Assembly (NCBI GenBank): GCA_947585215.1
Contig: CANPWY010000001.1
Location: 1-62,806, forward strand
Direction: 5' to 3'
From: an uncultured Clostridia bacterium
Lineage (GTDB): Bacteria; Bacillota; Clostridia; Oscillospirales; JAAYOS01
DNA length: 62,806 nt
The notes under the pieces: generated by a model
What the model was told of the DNA's origin: nothing
Seen by the model: the letters and a program-made list of their open reading frames with translations, nothing else
Database searches by the model: none
Translations under genes and position numbers: made by a program
Shown: positions 25,810 through 33,712 of the stretch, one piece after another
How the letters are laid out: each line of letters starts with the position of its first letter
Numbering within the stretch: the first letter of the stretch is position 1

Positions 25810-25914
25810 GGCGAACGATAATAGGAAAATTTTAGGAGGTTGCCTCCGAATCAACGGCGCTGGCAGAAGAAAAACAGGGCTGACCGGAATCTCCCGATCC
25901 GCCTACCGTGACGG

Positions 25915-25953
25915 AAGAGGCCGTCCTTATAGATGGCCTCTTTTTACTTTTTT
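25915..25953 (+). terminator. Rho-independent terminator (25 nt upstream of the next start codon)
   Basis: AAGAGGCC / GGCCTCTT stem with a 12-nt loop, followed by TTTTTACTTTTTT. Confidence 0.75.
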
Positions 25954-25978
25954 GAAGAAAACACAAGGAGGAACGACA

Positions 25979-28900
25979 ATGAAGGGATATTCCAAAAAGG
26001 TGCGGCTGGGAGCGTTGGCGCTGGCGGTGCTGATGCTTCTATGCCTGCTCACGGCCTGCGGCAAGAAGGACGACGCGATTGAGACGCTTGCCGAGCTTGA
26101 CAAGGCCGGGCACACCGTGGGCGTGGCTATGGGCTCCTCCGGCGACAAGGCGGTGACCGAGAACTTCCACAACGTGGAGATCAGCCGCTACTCCGACAGC
26201 GCCACCGCGTATATGGCGGTACAGCAGGGGAAGCTGGACGCCTTCGCCTTTGACGCCACCATGCTCCGCTACGCCATCTCCGGCGGCCTCGAGGGGGTCA
26301 AGATACTGGATGAGACCATGGGGGACATCACGGACATCGCCATCGGCGTCTCCCGTAAGACCGACATCCCCGACCTTGTGGAGAAGATAAACGCCTTTCT
26401 CGCCTCCATCCGGGACGACGGGACGCTGGACGACATGAAGCTCCGGTGGATCGAGAAGGCCGACGAAACAATGCCCGACATCCCCCTGCCCGAGGACCCG
26501 GAGGTCACGCTGACGGTGGGGACGACCGGGTTTGTGATGCCCTTCAGCTACTACAAGGACAACAAGCTCTGGGGCTTCGACATCGAGATGGCCACCCGCC
26601 TTGCCGCCTATCTGGGGGTGGGGGTGGAGTTCAATCTCTACGACTTTGACGGCGTCATCGCCGCCGCAGAGACCGGCGTCATAGACTGCGTCATGACGAA
26701 CCTGAACGTCACGCCGGAGAGACAGGAAGTAATCGACTTCTCCGACCCCATCTACACCTCCGAGACCGCCTTTCTTGTCCGTTCCGGCGAGGCGGAGAGC
26801 GGGCAGGCCATCACGGAGCTTTCCCAGCTCGACGGCAAGCGCCTCGGCGTCGCCATCGGCTCCACCTTTGACGATATCATAGACAGCACCTTCCATGACA
26901 CCGAGAAGCTCTACTACGAAAACTACTCCGACATGGCGGAGGCGCTGAAGCAAAATAAGCTGGATGGCTTTTTAATAGACGAGCCGGTGGCCCGGGTGCT
27001 GTGCACGGAGGTCGGCGGCGTCACGTGGCTTCCCGATATGCTCCGGGAGGACAGCTACGCCATTGCCATGCCAAAGACGGACAAGGGCGCGCGGCTCCGG
27101 GATGAGTTCAACGAATTCCTCGCGAAAATCCGCGCCGACGGGACCCTCGAGGAGATCGAGGACGTCTGGTTCGGTACGGACGAGCAGGCGCAGACGGTGG
27201 AGGACCCGGCAGACCTGCCCGCTACGAACGGCACCATTGAATACGCCGGCGCGCCGGGCATGGAGCCGCTCAGTTACATGAAAAATAACCGTCTGATGGG
27301 CTACGACGTGGACCTCGTGACCCGCTTCTGCAAGGAATACGGCTACGGTTTACATATCCAGATCGTGGAATTTTCCACCATGCTGGCGGGAATGGAGGCC
27401 GGAAAGTACGACATCGGCGCCGGGGGCATCACCGTCTCCGACGAGCGGGCGGAGAAGATGAACTTCACCGAACCCAACTACACCGGCGGCGTAGTGGTGG
27501 CGGTGGCCGGCGGCGAGGAGACCGAGGACGGCAGCTTCTTTGAGCGCCTCGCCATCAGCTTTGAAAAGACCTTCATCCGGGAAAACCGGTGGGAGATGAT
27601 CCTCTCCGGCCTCGGTGTCACGGCTGTTATCTCCCTCTTCTCCGCCGTCTTCGGCACGATCCTAGGCTTCGGGATGTGCATGGCCCGCCGGAGCCGCTTC
27701 CGCGTTCTCTCCGGCGCCGTGGCGTGCCTTGTGAGGGTAATTCAGGGCGTGCCGCTGCTCGTGCTGCTGATGGTACTCTTTTACATCGTCTTCGCCGGGG
27801 TGAACATCAGCGGCGTGATGGTGGCCATCGTGGCTTTCTCCATCAACTTCGCGGCCTATGTCTCGGAGATGATGCGCACGGGCATCGCCGCCGTGGACGA
27901 GGGTCAGCGGGAGGCCGCCGCGGCTCTTGGCTTCGACAGGGTGAAGACCTTCACGCGGATCATCGCGCCTCAGGCGGCGCGGCATGTTTTACCCGTCTAC
28001 CGGGGCGAATTCATCTCCCTCGTGAAGATGACCTCCGTCGTGGGCTATATCGCGGTGCAGGATCTGACGCGTGTGACGGACCTTATCCGCAGCGCCACCT
28101 TTGAGGCGTTCTTCCCGCTCATTGCCTCGGCGGTCATCTACTTCTTGTTGGCGTGGCTGCTCACCTCGGTGCTGAGCATCGCGGAAAAGCGGCTGGATCC
28201 CAAGCGCCGGCCCCGGAGGACCTTCGACGGGTTGGACGCCGCCGCTGTTGCCCCCGCCTCCGCCGGTTTCGCGGACACGGGTGCGGACACGGACGAGCCC
28301 CTTATCACCATCTCTCACCTTGAAAAGGTCTACCCCAACGTCACGCCCCTGAAGGACGTGAACACTCAGATACATAGGGGCGACGTAGTCACCATTATCG
28401 GCCCCTCCGGCACCGGCAAGAGCACGCTCCTGCGGTGCCTCAACAGGCTGGAGACGCCCACCGGCGGCAGTATCCTTGCCTTCGGCCGGGAGCTGACCAC
28501 GGCAAAGCCCAAGGAGCTCAGCGCGGTGCGCCGGAGGATGGGCATGGTGTTCCAGTCCTTCAACCTCTTCGGCCACCTGACGGTGATGGAGAACATCATT
28601 CTGGCCCCCATGCTCCTCAAAGGCGTGCCGGAAAAGGACGCGGTGGCGAATGCCATGCGGCTTCTGCGCATGGTCGGCATGGCGGAGAAGGCCGACCGCT
28701 ACCCCGACGAGCTCTCCGGCGGCCAGCGCCAGCGCGTGGCCATCGCCCGTACCCTTGCCATGGAGCCGGAGGTCGTCCTCTTTGACGAGCCCACCAGCGC
28801 CCTCGATCCCACAATGGTGGGCGAGGTGCTGAGCGTCATGAAGCAGCTCGCGGCGGAGGGGCTCACCATGCTCATCGTCACCCACGAGATGCAGTTCGCA

Positions 28901-29383
28901 CACGACGTGTCCACCCGCATCTTCTACATGGATCAGGGCGTCATCTTCGAGGAGGGCACCCCGGAGGAGATCTTCGACCACCCCAAAAAGGACCGGACCC
29001 GCGTCTTCGTCCGGCGGCTCAAGACCCTCTCCCTCTCGGCGCAGTCCCCGGATTACGACTTCATCGGACAGTCCGAGAGTCTCCGCCGGTTCGGCGAGAA
29101 GAACCTGCTCGGCCGCAAGCGTGTGTTGGGTATGCAGACCGTGTACGAGGAGATTTTGGCCCAGAGCATCGTCCCCAACCTGGGCGCCTCCTTCCCGGTG
29201 GACGTGGCGGTGGAATACTCCGAAAAGGAGGACGCCCTCACCATGCGCTTCATATGGAGCGGCGCGGACTTCGACCCCATGCAGGAGGGGGGCGAGCTGT
29301 CCGTCAAGCTGGTGCAGGCCGCCGTTCAGAGCTGTGAGCACACCTATACGGACGGCGAGAACCGACTCATCTTCACCCTGTGA
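25979..29383 (+). CDS. fully fused amino-acid ABC importer: lipoprotein-anchored family-3 SBP domains + HisM/GlnP-type permease + GlnQ-type ATPase + extra C-terminal domain
   Basis: Start at MKGYSKK.. (AAGGAGGA RBS) with lipobox LLTAC. SBP_bac_3-like repeats; a TMD with ..[13 protein letters not shown].. (EAA loop); an NBD with [26 protein letters not shown] and [12 protein letters not shown]. About 125 aa follow the NBD. It is one uninterrupted 1134-codon frame. Confidence 0.85.
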   Translation: MKGYSKKVRLGALALAVLMLLCLLTACGKKDDAIETLAELDKAGHTVGVAMGSSGDKAVTENFHNVEISRYSDSATAYMAVQQGKLDAFAFDATMLRYAISGGLEGVKILDETMGDITDIAIGVSRKTDIPDLVEKINAFLASIRDDGTLDDMKLRWIEKADETMPDIPLPEDPEVTLTVGTTGFVMPFSYYKDNKLWGFDIEMATRLAAYLGVGVEFNLYDFDGVIAAAETGVIDCVMTNLNVTPERQEVIDFSDPIYTSETAFLVRSGEAESGQAITELSQLDGKRLGVAIGSTFDDIIDSTFHDTEKLYYENYSDMAEALKQNKLDGFLIDEPVARVLCTEVGGVTWLPDMLREDSYAIAMPKTDKGARLRDEFNEFLAKIRADGTLEEIEDVWFGTDEQAQTVEDPADLPATNGTIEYAGAPGMEPLSYMKNNRLMGYDVDLVTRFCKEYGYGLHIQIVEFSTMLAGMEAGKYDIGAGGITVSDERAEKMNFTEPNYTGGVVVAVAGGEETEDGSFFERLAISFEKTFIRENRWEMILSGLGVTAVISLFSAVFGTILGFGMCMARRSRFRVLSGAVACLVRVIQGVPLLVLLMVLFYIVFAGVNISGVMVAIVAFSINFAAYVSEMMRTGIAAVDEGQREAAAALGFDRVKTFTRIIAPQAARHVLPVYRGEFISLVKMTSVVGYIAVQDLTRVTDLIRSATFEAFFPLIASAVIYFLLAWLLTSVLSIAEKRLDPKRRPRRTFDGLDAAAVAPASAGFADTGADTDEPLITISHLEKVYPNVTPLKDVNTQIHRGDVVTIIGPSGTGKSTLLRCLNRLETPTGGSILAFGRELTTAKPKELSAVRRRMGMVFQSFNLFGHLTVMENIILAPMLLKGVPEKDAVANAMRLLRMVGMAEKADRYPDELSGGQRQRVAIARTLAMEPEVVLFDEPTSALDPTMVGEVLSVMKQLAAEGLTMLIVTHEMQFAHDVSTRIFYMDQGVIFEEGTPEEIFDHPKKDRTRVFVRRLKTLSLSAQSPDYDFIGQSESLRRFGEKNLLGRKRVLGMQTVYEEILAQSIVPNLGASFPVDVAVEYSEKEDALTMRFIWSGADFDPMQEGGELSVKLVQAAVQSCEHTYTDGENRLIFTL

Positions 29384-29447
29384 GAGCCGTCAAGAGGCGG
29401 AAAACATGCAATTCGAGTCGTGATTTTGTCGTTTCGGGACAAACCCA

Positions 29448-29476
29448 TTGACAACCGCTCCGAAGTTTCGGATACT
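29448..29476 (+). promoter_or_regulatory. candidate promoter of MT-STAS module 3 operon
   Basis: TTGACA (29448-29453), 17 nt, GATACT (29471-29476), inside a 73-nt segment homologous to 21605-21677. Confidence 0.5.
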
Positions 29477-29538
29477 TAAACTGAATTGATTTAGACTTAC
29501 CGCAAAATTACAAACTCATCGGAAAGGACGGCATCAAA

Positions 29539-30777
29539 ATGGACGAACTGAGAGCGAGGACCAACCCCTCATATAACTCGGCGAAATCGACCCTGGTATA
29601 TCTCATGGGAGCCGGGGACGAGAACGCGGCCATGATGGCGGGCGAGCTGCACATCGAGCCGGACGAGACGTTCGGGGAGGGGCAGAAGAGCGCCCTGAGT
29701 CTGGGCATGATGGCGCAGGTAGACGCCTTCCACGAAACTATGAACCGGCTTCTCGCCGCCGTGCCGGAGCAGACTGTCGTGGACCTTGGCTGCGGCTACA
29801 CTCCCCGGGCGCTGTGGGAGGGGCTTTCCGCCAAGCGCTTCATCGGCTGCGACCTGCCCATCGTCATCGATGATATGGCTCCGCTGATGAAAAAGCTGCT
29901 TGCGGGCAAAAACCGCCCCGCCCCCGCGGAGTACAAGGCGGCGGACTTCACAAACTACGACTCTCTGCGCGCCGCTCTGAACGGCGTGGAGGGGCCGGTG
30001 TGCCTCACGAGCGAGGGAACGCTGACCTACCTCACCCAGTCAGAGGTGCGGCAGCTCTGCGCCAACGTGCGCCGGGTGCTTACGGAGTTCGGCGGCCGCT
30101 GGCTCACTCCCGACCCGGAGGCTGGCAAGCGCACCATCGGAACGCTGAGAGCCGTGATGGGCGAGGAGGCCATCAAAAACATGATGAGCGCCTTCAACAC
30201 CCTGTCCACCCAGTCGGACGTGACGGTGGGGAACAACGATCTGGTGATGCGCTTCGGAGAGTCGGACAGCTTTGAGAAGGCGACGGCCCTTCTCTCCGAA
30301 AACGGCCTGAAGGCGAAGCCGCTCCCCATGGGCGAGTACATGCCCGAGCTGAAGGTCTTCTCCCGGCTGAACGAGCAGCAGCGCGAGTCGATGAAAAATC
30401 TGTACGCGGGCCTGACGGTCTGGGAGATCACCCCTGACCCGGACTGGAAGGAGCCCGTCCGGGAGACGGGCGGCGCGTTCGGCGTCGAGACCGCCGTGAA
30501 CGGCACGGAGCTCACCGTCACCCTGCGCGGCCGGGTGGATTCGCTCACCGCGCCGGAGTTCCTCGCCGCCTTTGAGAAGGTCGCCGGGGAGAACACGCTC
30601 ACCGCCGCGACGGTGGATATGAGCGGCCTTGAGTACATATCCTCCGCTGGACTCCGAGTCCTGCTCATCATGACGAAGCGCCTCGGCGCGGGAAACGTAG
30701 TCGTCACCGGCGCAAACGAGCTCGTCCGCTCCATCTTCGAGCAGACGGGCTATGAAGACATCCTGACGCTCCGCTGA
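29539..30777 (+). CDS. SAM-methyltransferase-like - STAS fusion protein, paralogue 3
   Basis: 412 aa with VVDLGCGYTPRAL and TSEGTLTYLTQSE. The STAS half is nearly identical to paralogue 2. Confidence 0.8.
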   Translation: MDELRARTNPSYNSAKSTLVYLMGAGDENAAMMAGELHIEPDETFGEGQKSALSLGMMAQVDAFHETMNRLLAAVPEQTVVDLGCGYTPRALWEGLSAKRFIGCDLPIVIDDMAPLMKKLLAGKNRPAPAEYKAADFTNYDSLRAALNGVEGPVCLTSEGTLTYLTQSEVRQLCANVRRVLTEFGGRWLTPDPEAGKRTIGTLRAVMGEEAIKNMMSAFNTLSTQSDVTVGNNDLVMRFGESDSFEKATALLSENGLKAKPLPMGEYMPELKVFSRLNEQQRESMKNLYAGLTVWEITPDPDWKEPVRETGGAFGVETAVNGTELTVTLRGRVDSLTAPEFLAAFEKVAGENTLTAATVDMSGLEYISSAGLRVLLIMTKRLGAGNVVVTGANELVRSIFEQTGYEDILTLR

Positions 30778-30806
30778 CAAAACAAATCGCAAAGGGGGAA
30801 CAAGCA

Positions 30807-31016
30807 ATGAACGACGAAAAGAAGCTCGACGAGAAGACCTTGGAGGAAGTCACCGGCGGGGATCTGCTTAGTACCGGCGACCCGGATATACCCGCCGGAA
30901 GCTGCAGCGAATGCGCGTGTACCGCCGTCACCTGCCCTTATTCTAACAATTTGAGTATCCTGTTGAAGAAAAGGTCAGGCGAGGAAAAATGCCTCGCGTA
31001 CATCCCCAGAACCTGA
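30807..31016 (+). CDS. double-glycine-leader Cys-rich precursor-like peptide P3
   Basis: 69 aa. Leader MNDEKKLDEKTLEEVTGG; core ..GSCSECACTAVTCPY..C..; RBS AAGGGGGA. Confidence 0.7.
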   Translation: MNDEKKLDEKTLEEVTGGDLLSTGDPDIPAGSCSECACTAVTCPYSNNLSILLKKRSGEEKCLAYIPRT

Positions 31017-31032
31017 CAAGGGGGAACAAACA

Positions 31033-31257
31033 ATGAACGACGAAAAGAAGGCCTTGGACGACAAGACCTTGGAGGACGTCACCGGCGGGGGCGATTATCT
31101 CACAGACCTCAGGACCTTCGTAGACATTTTTATGCATCACAACTGCTTGCAGTGCGCCAGATTCGAGGGGGATAACTGCCCCTACGACGGCCCGATCGAG
31201 ATGTACAACACCTATAAAATCGGCGCCGCAATCTGCCGGGAAAAACAGCCTATATAA
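31033..31257 (+). CDS. double-glycine-leader Cys-rich precursor-like peptide P4
   Basis: 74 aa. Leader MNDEKKALDDKTLEDVTGG; core ..HHNCLQCARFEGDNCPY..C.. Confidence 0.7.
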   Translation: MNDEKKALDDKTLEDVTGGGDYLTDLRTFVDIFMHHNCLQCARFEGDNCPYDGPIEMYNTYKIGAAICREKQPI

Positions 31258-31281
31258 TATAAGGACAAGGAGGAAAAAACA

Positions 31282-31491
31282 ATGAACGACGAAAAGAAGC
31301 TGGACGAGAAGACGTTGGAAGAAGTCACCGGCGGGGAGCTGATGGGCAATGCCAGCCCGGATCTGCCGTCGAGAGGATGCAACGATTGCGCGTGCAGCGG
31401 CCCGGACTGCCCCTATAGAAGTAACATAGATATCCTGATGAAAAAAAGGTCAGGCGAGGAAAGATGCTACCAGTTTATTCCCAAATCATGA
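31282..31491 (+). CDS. double-glycine-leader Cys-rich precursor-like peptide P5
   Basis: 69 aa. Leader MNDEKKLDEKTLEEVTGG; core ..RGCNDCACSGPDCPY..C..; RBS AAGGAGGA. Confidence 0.7.
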   Translation: MNDEKKLDEKTLEEVTGGELMGNASPDLPSRGCNDCACSGPDCPYRSNIDILMKKRSGEERCYQFIPKS

Positions 31492-31508
31492 AAAAAGGAG
31501 GAACACCC

Positions 31509-31718
31509 TTGAATGACGAAAAGAAGCTCGACGAAAAGACGTTGGAAGAAGTCACCGGCGGCGAGCTGATGGGCAGCGTCACCCCGGAGATACCGACGGG
31601 CAGCTGCGCTTATTGCGTACATAACGGCCCGAACTGTCCACATATAGACAACAAGAACTTTATGCTGAATATGTTGTCGGGCAAGGGAACCTGCTATTCG
31701 TTCCACCCCATAGACTGA
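31509..31718 (+). CDS. double-glycine-leader Cys-rich precursor-like peptide P6 (TTG start)
   Basis: Aligns with P3/P5 only if it starts at TTG 31509 ((M)NDEKKLDEKTLEEVTGG), which has AAGGAGGA 6 nt upstream. Core is ..GSCAYCVHNGPNCPH..C.. The ORF-track ATG at 31464 would overlap P5. Confidence 0.6.
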   Translation: MNDEKKLDEKTLEEVTGGELMGSVTPEIPTGSCAYCVHNGPNCPHIDNKNFMLNMLSGKGTCYSFHPID

Positions 31719-31764
31719 TACACTCTCGGCAAGCGGGGCGTCGGGGGTCCTTGATGAAAATTTT

Positions 31765-31801
31765 GGGCGATTTCCGCGAACGCGGAAATCGCCCCTTTTT
31801 T
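31765..31801 (+). terminator. Rho-independent terminator closing the peptide operon
   Basis: GGGCGATTTCCGCG-AA-CGCGGAAATCGCCC is a perfect 14-bp stem followed by CTTTTTT. Confidence 0.85.
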
Positions 31802-31863
31802 ATATTCTAAGCAATGCGCACCGGCGCTCTTGTTGTTCCGACGATGTTCCTTTACATATAGGC

Positions 31864-32874
31864 TCAGTTTGTCTTTTCCTCGATGCCCTTGGAGCGGCGG
31901 CGCTGGTCGTCCACGAAGGAGCGGGTGTCTCCGGCGGTCTCGGGCTGGTCCTCGAAGACGGTGGGCTGGTTGAGGACGATCTGCGGGAACGGGACGTTGA
32001 TGTTGTTCTGGTCGAACATGAGCTTGAGCTCGCGGTTGAGGTCACGCTGTACCTGATAGACGTCCTCCTCGCGGCACTTGGCAACGAAGAGAAGGTCCAC
32101 GCTGGAGGCCGCAAGGGCGTTGACGCCCTTGTAGAACGGGCCGTCGACGATGGAGGGGATGCGCTCGCGGATGCCCTGCAGGTTCTCGCTTATCACCCGC
32201 TCCACATGGGGGATGGACTCGCCATACTCGATGCTGATGTACGACTTGGCCACGGAGAGCTCCTGCGTCTGGTTGACGATGGTGCTGATGGCGCTGTTGT
32301 TGATGATCTTCACGTTGCCGCCGGCGTCCACTATCTTCGTGGTGCGCACGCCGATCTCCTGCACGGTGCCGCGCCAGTCGTCGATGACGACGATGTCGCC
32401 CACCTGATATTCGCCCTCAAGCACGATGAAAAGCCCCGCGATGATGTCCGCCACAAGGCTCTGCGCGCCAAGGCCGATGACGAGAGACAATATCCCGGCG
32501 CTTGCGATGAGCGTCGCGGTGTTGACGCCCCATGCGCCGAGCACCATGAGCGCGCCGGCGATGAGAATTATCCACCGGAGGAAGCTGTTGACGAGCTTTG
32601 CCACGGTGATGCCCCGGTTGTTGCCCCGGAACATGCGGTCAATCAGCCGGCGAATGACCGTGGACAGAACGAACGCCACGGTGATTATCTGGATGCTCTT
32701 TATCAGCGCGGGGATTTTCTGCCAAGCGGTCTGGATAACGTAGTTGCCGCTCACGGAGCGGTTGAATACCGACTCCTCCCCGTAGATGTACGGCGTGAGC
32801 ACAAGCGCCGCCACCGTGACGGTCACAAACAGCGCTATGAGGATGATCTTTCCGATGGATGGTTTCTTTTTCAT
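31864..32874 (-). CDS. small-conductance mechanosensitive channel (MscS family)
   Basis: Three N-terminal TMs, then ..GDIVVIDDWRGTVQEIGVRTTKIVDAGGNVKIINNSAI.., which is the MscS beta-domain signature. Confidence 0.88.
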   Translation of the reverse strand: MKKKPSIGKIILIALFVTVTVAALVLTPYIYGEESVFNRSVSGNYVIQTAWQKIPALIKSIQIITVAFVLSTVIRRLIDRMFRGNNRGITVAKLVNSFLRWIILIAGALMVLGAWGVNTATLIASAGILSLVIGLGAQSLVADIIAGLFIVLEGEYQVGDIVVIDDWRGTVQEIGVRTTKIVDAGGNVKIINNSAISTIVNQTQELSVAKSYISIEYGESIPHVERVISENLQGIRERIPSIVDGPFYKGVNALAASSVDLLFVAKCREEDVYQVQRDLNRELKLMFDQNNINVPFPQIVLNQPTVFEDQPETAGDTRSFVDDQRRRSKGIEEKTN

Positions 32875-32891
32875 TGTCTTTGCTCTCCTTT

Positions 32892-33707
32892 TTATATTTT
32901 GACCTTAGCCGTGTAGAGGACCAGTTCTCTTTGGTGCGCGGATGGGTCGGATGTCTCGCAGGTGACGGTGAAGGTCGCCGTCCGGCCAAGGAGCCCCGCC
33001 CTTATTGCCACGTCTATTTTCTGCTCGTCCGTGGGGCTGCCCGTAAAAACGCACTCGGACACGCGTCCGTCCTCGTCGGTCAGTGTGGCCCGGAAATTGT
33101 CCCACCAACCGTTTTCATCCACAAGGGACATGGTGAAGTGGAAGTACCCGTCCACGTTGCAGGTACACTCGTGCTCGATGCCGAGAAAGCTCGTCACCGG
33201 CGGGAGCTCGCTCGTGGAGACGGTCTGCTCGTCCAGAGTTATATCCCCCAGCGCCGAGGGCATGACCACCGCCACGGTGTAGCTCATCCCGGGGGTGAGC
33301 TCGGCGGCGGTGAGACTGTTTTCTCCTTCCGCCAGTGGGAAGGAACGGCGCGTGAAGTCGTTGTACACGAGGGCGGAGAGGTCGCCGCCGCTTTTCGTCA
33401 CGTCCACGTTGAAGGTGATGGCGGTGTCCGTACTGTCCGAGAAGACGATGTCTGCCTCCGCTCTCGGCGGCAGAAGACCGCCAGCGGCCGCCATGACTAT
33501 GATAGCCGCCACGGCCACAACTCCCACAGCGGGCGGGAGGGTGCGGCCGCGCTTTTTCTTTTTTCTCGGTCTGCCACGTGGGTATTCCTCCGCCGCCCGC
33601 CACTCGGAAACGTCCCTATCCTCCGACGGCAGGGGATTTTCCGGGCAGGAGACGGATTCCTCCGGCGTCCGTGCGTATTCGCTCACGGGGCGATTATATT
33701 CCTCCAC
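32892..33707 (-). CDS. single-pass membrane protein of unknown function
   Basis: Charged N-terminus, TM (VGVVAVAAIIVMAAAGGLL) and a beta-rich ectodomain. Likely start is GTG at 33705-33707 (GGGAGG 8 nt upstream). The track start at 33716 overlaps the upstream stop (GTGA). Confidence 0.6.
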   Translation of the reverse strand: MEEYNRPVSEYARTPEESVSCPENPLPSEDRDVSEWRAAEEYPRGRPRKKKKRGRTLPPAVGVVAVAAIIVMAAAGGLLPPRAEADIVFSDSTDTAITFNVDVTKSGGDLSALVYNDFTRRSFPLAEGENSLTAAELTPGMSYTVAVVMPSALGDITLDEQTVSTSELPPVTSFLGIEHECTCNVDGYFHFTMSLVDENGWWDNFRATLTDEDGRVSECVFTGSPTDEQKIDVAIRAGLLGRTATFTVTCETSDPSAHQRELVLYTAKVKI

Positions 33708-33712
33708 TTCGT

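Noticed and set aside
25810-25914. Assignment of the importer leader to a known riboswitch or T-box
   Set aside because: No conserved core of the glycine, lysine, SAM, T-box, guanidine or other classes could be recognised by eye. It is left as an unclassified leader.
27989-29341. 450-aa minus-strand ORF
   Set aside because: It is antisense to the ABC importer NBD, which carries unambiguous Walker and signature motifs on the plus strand.
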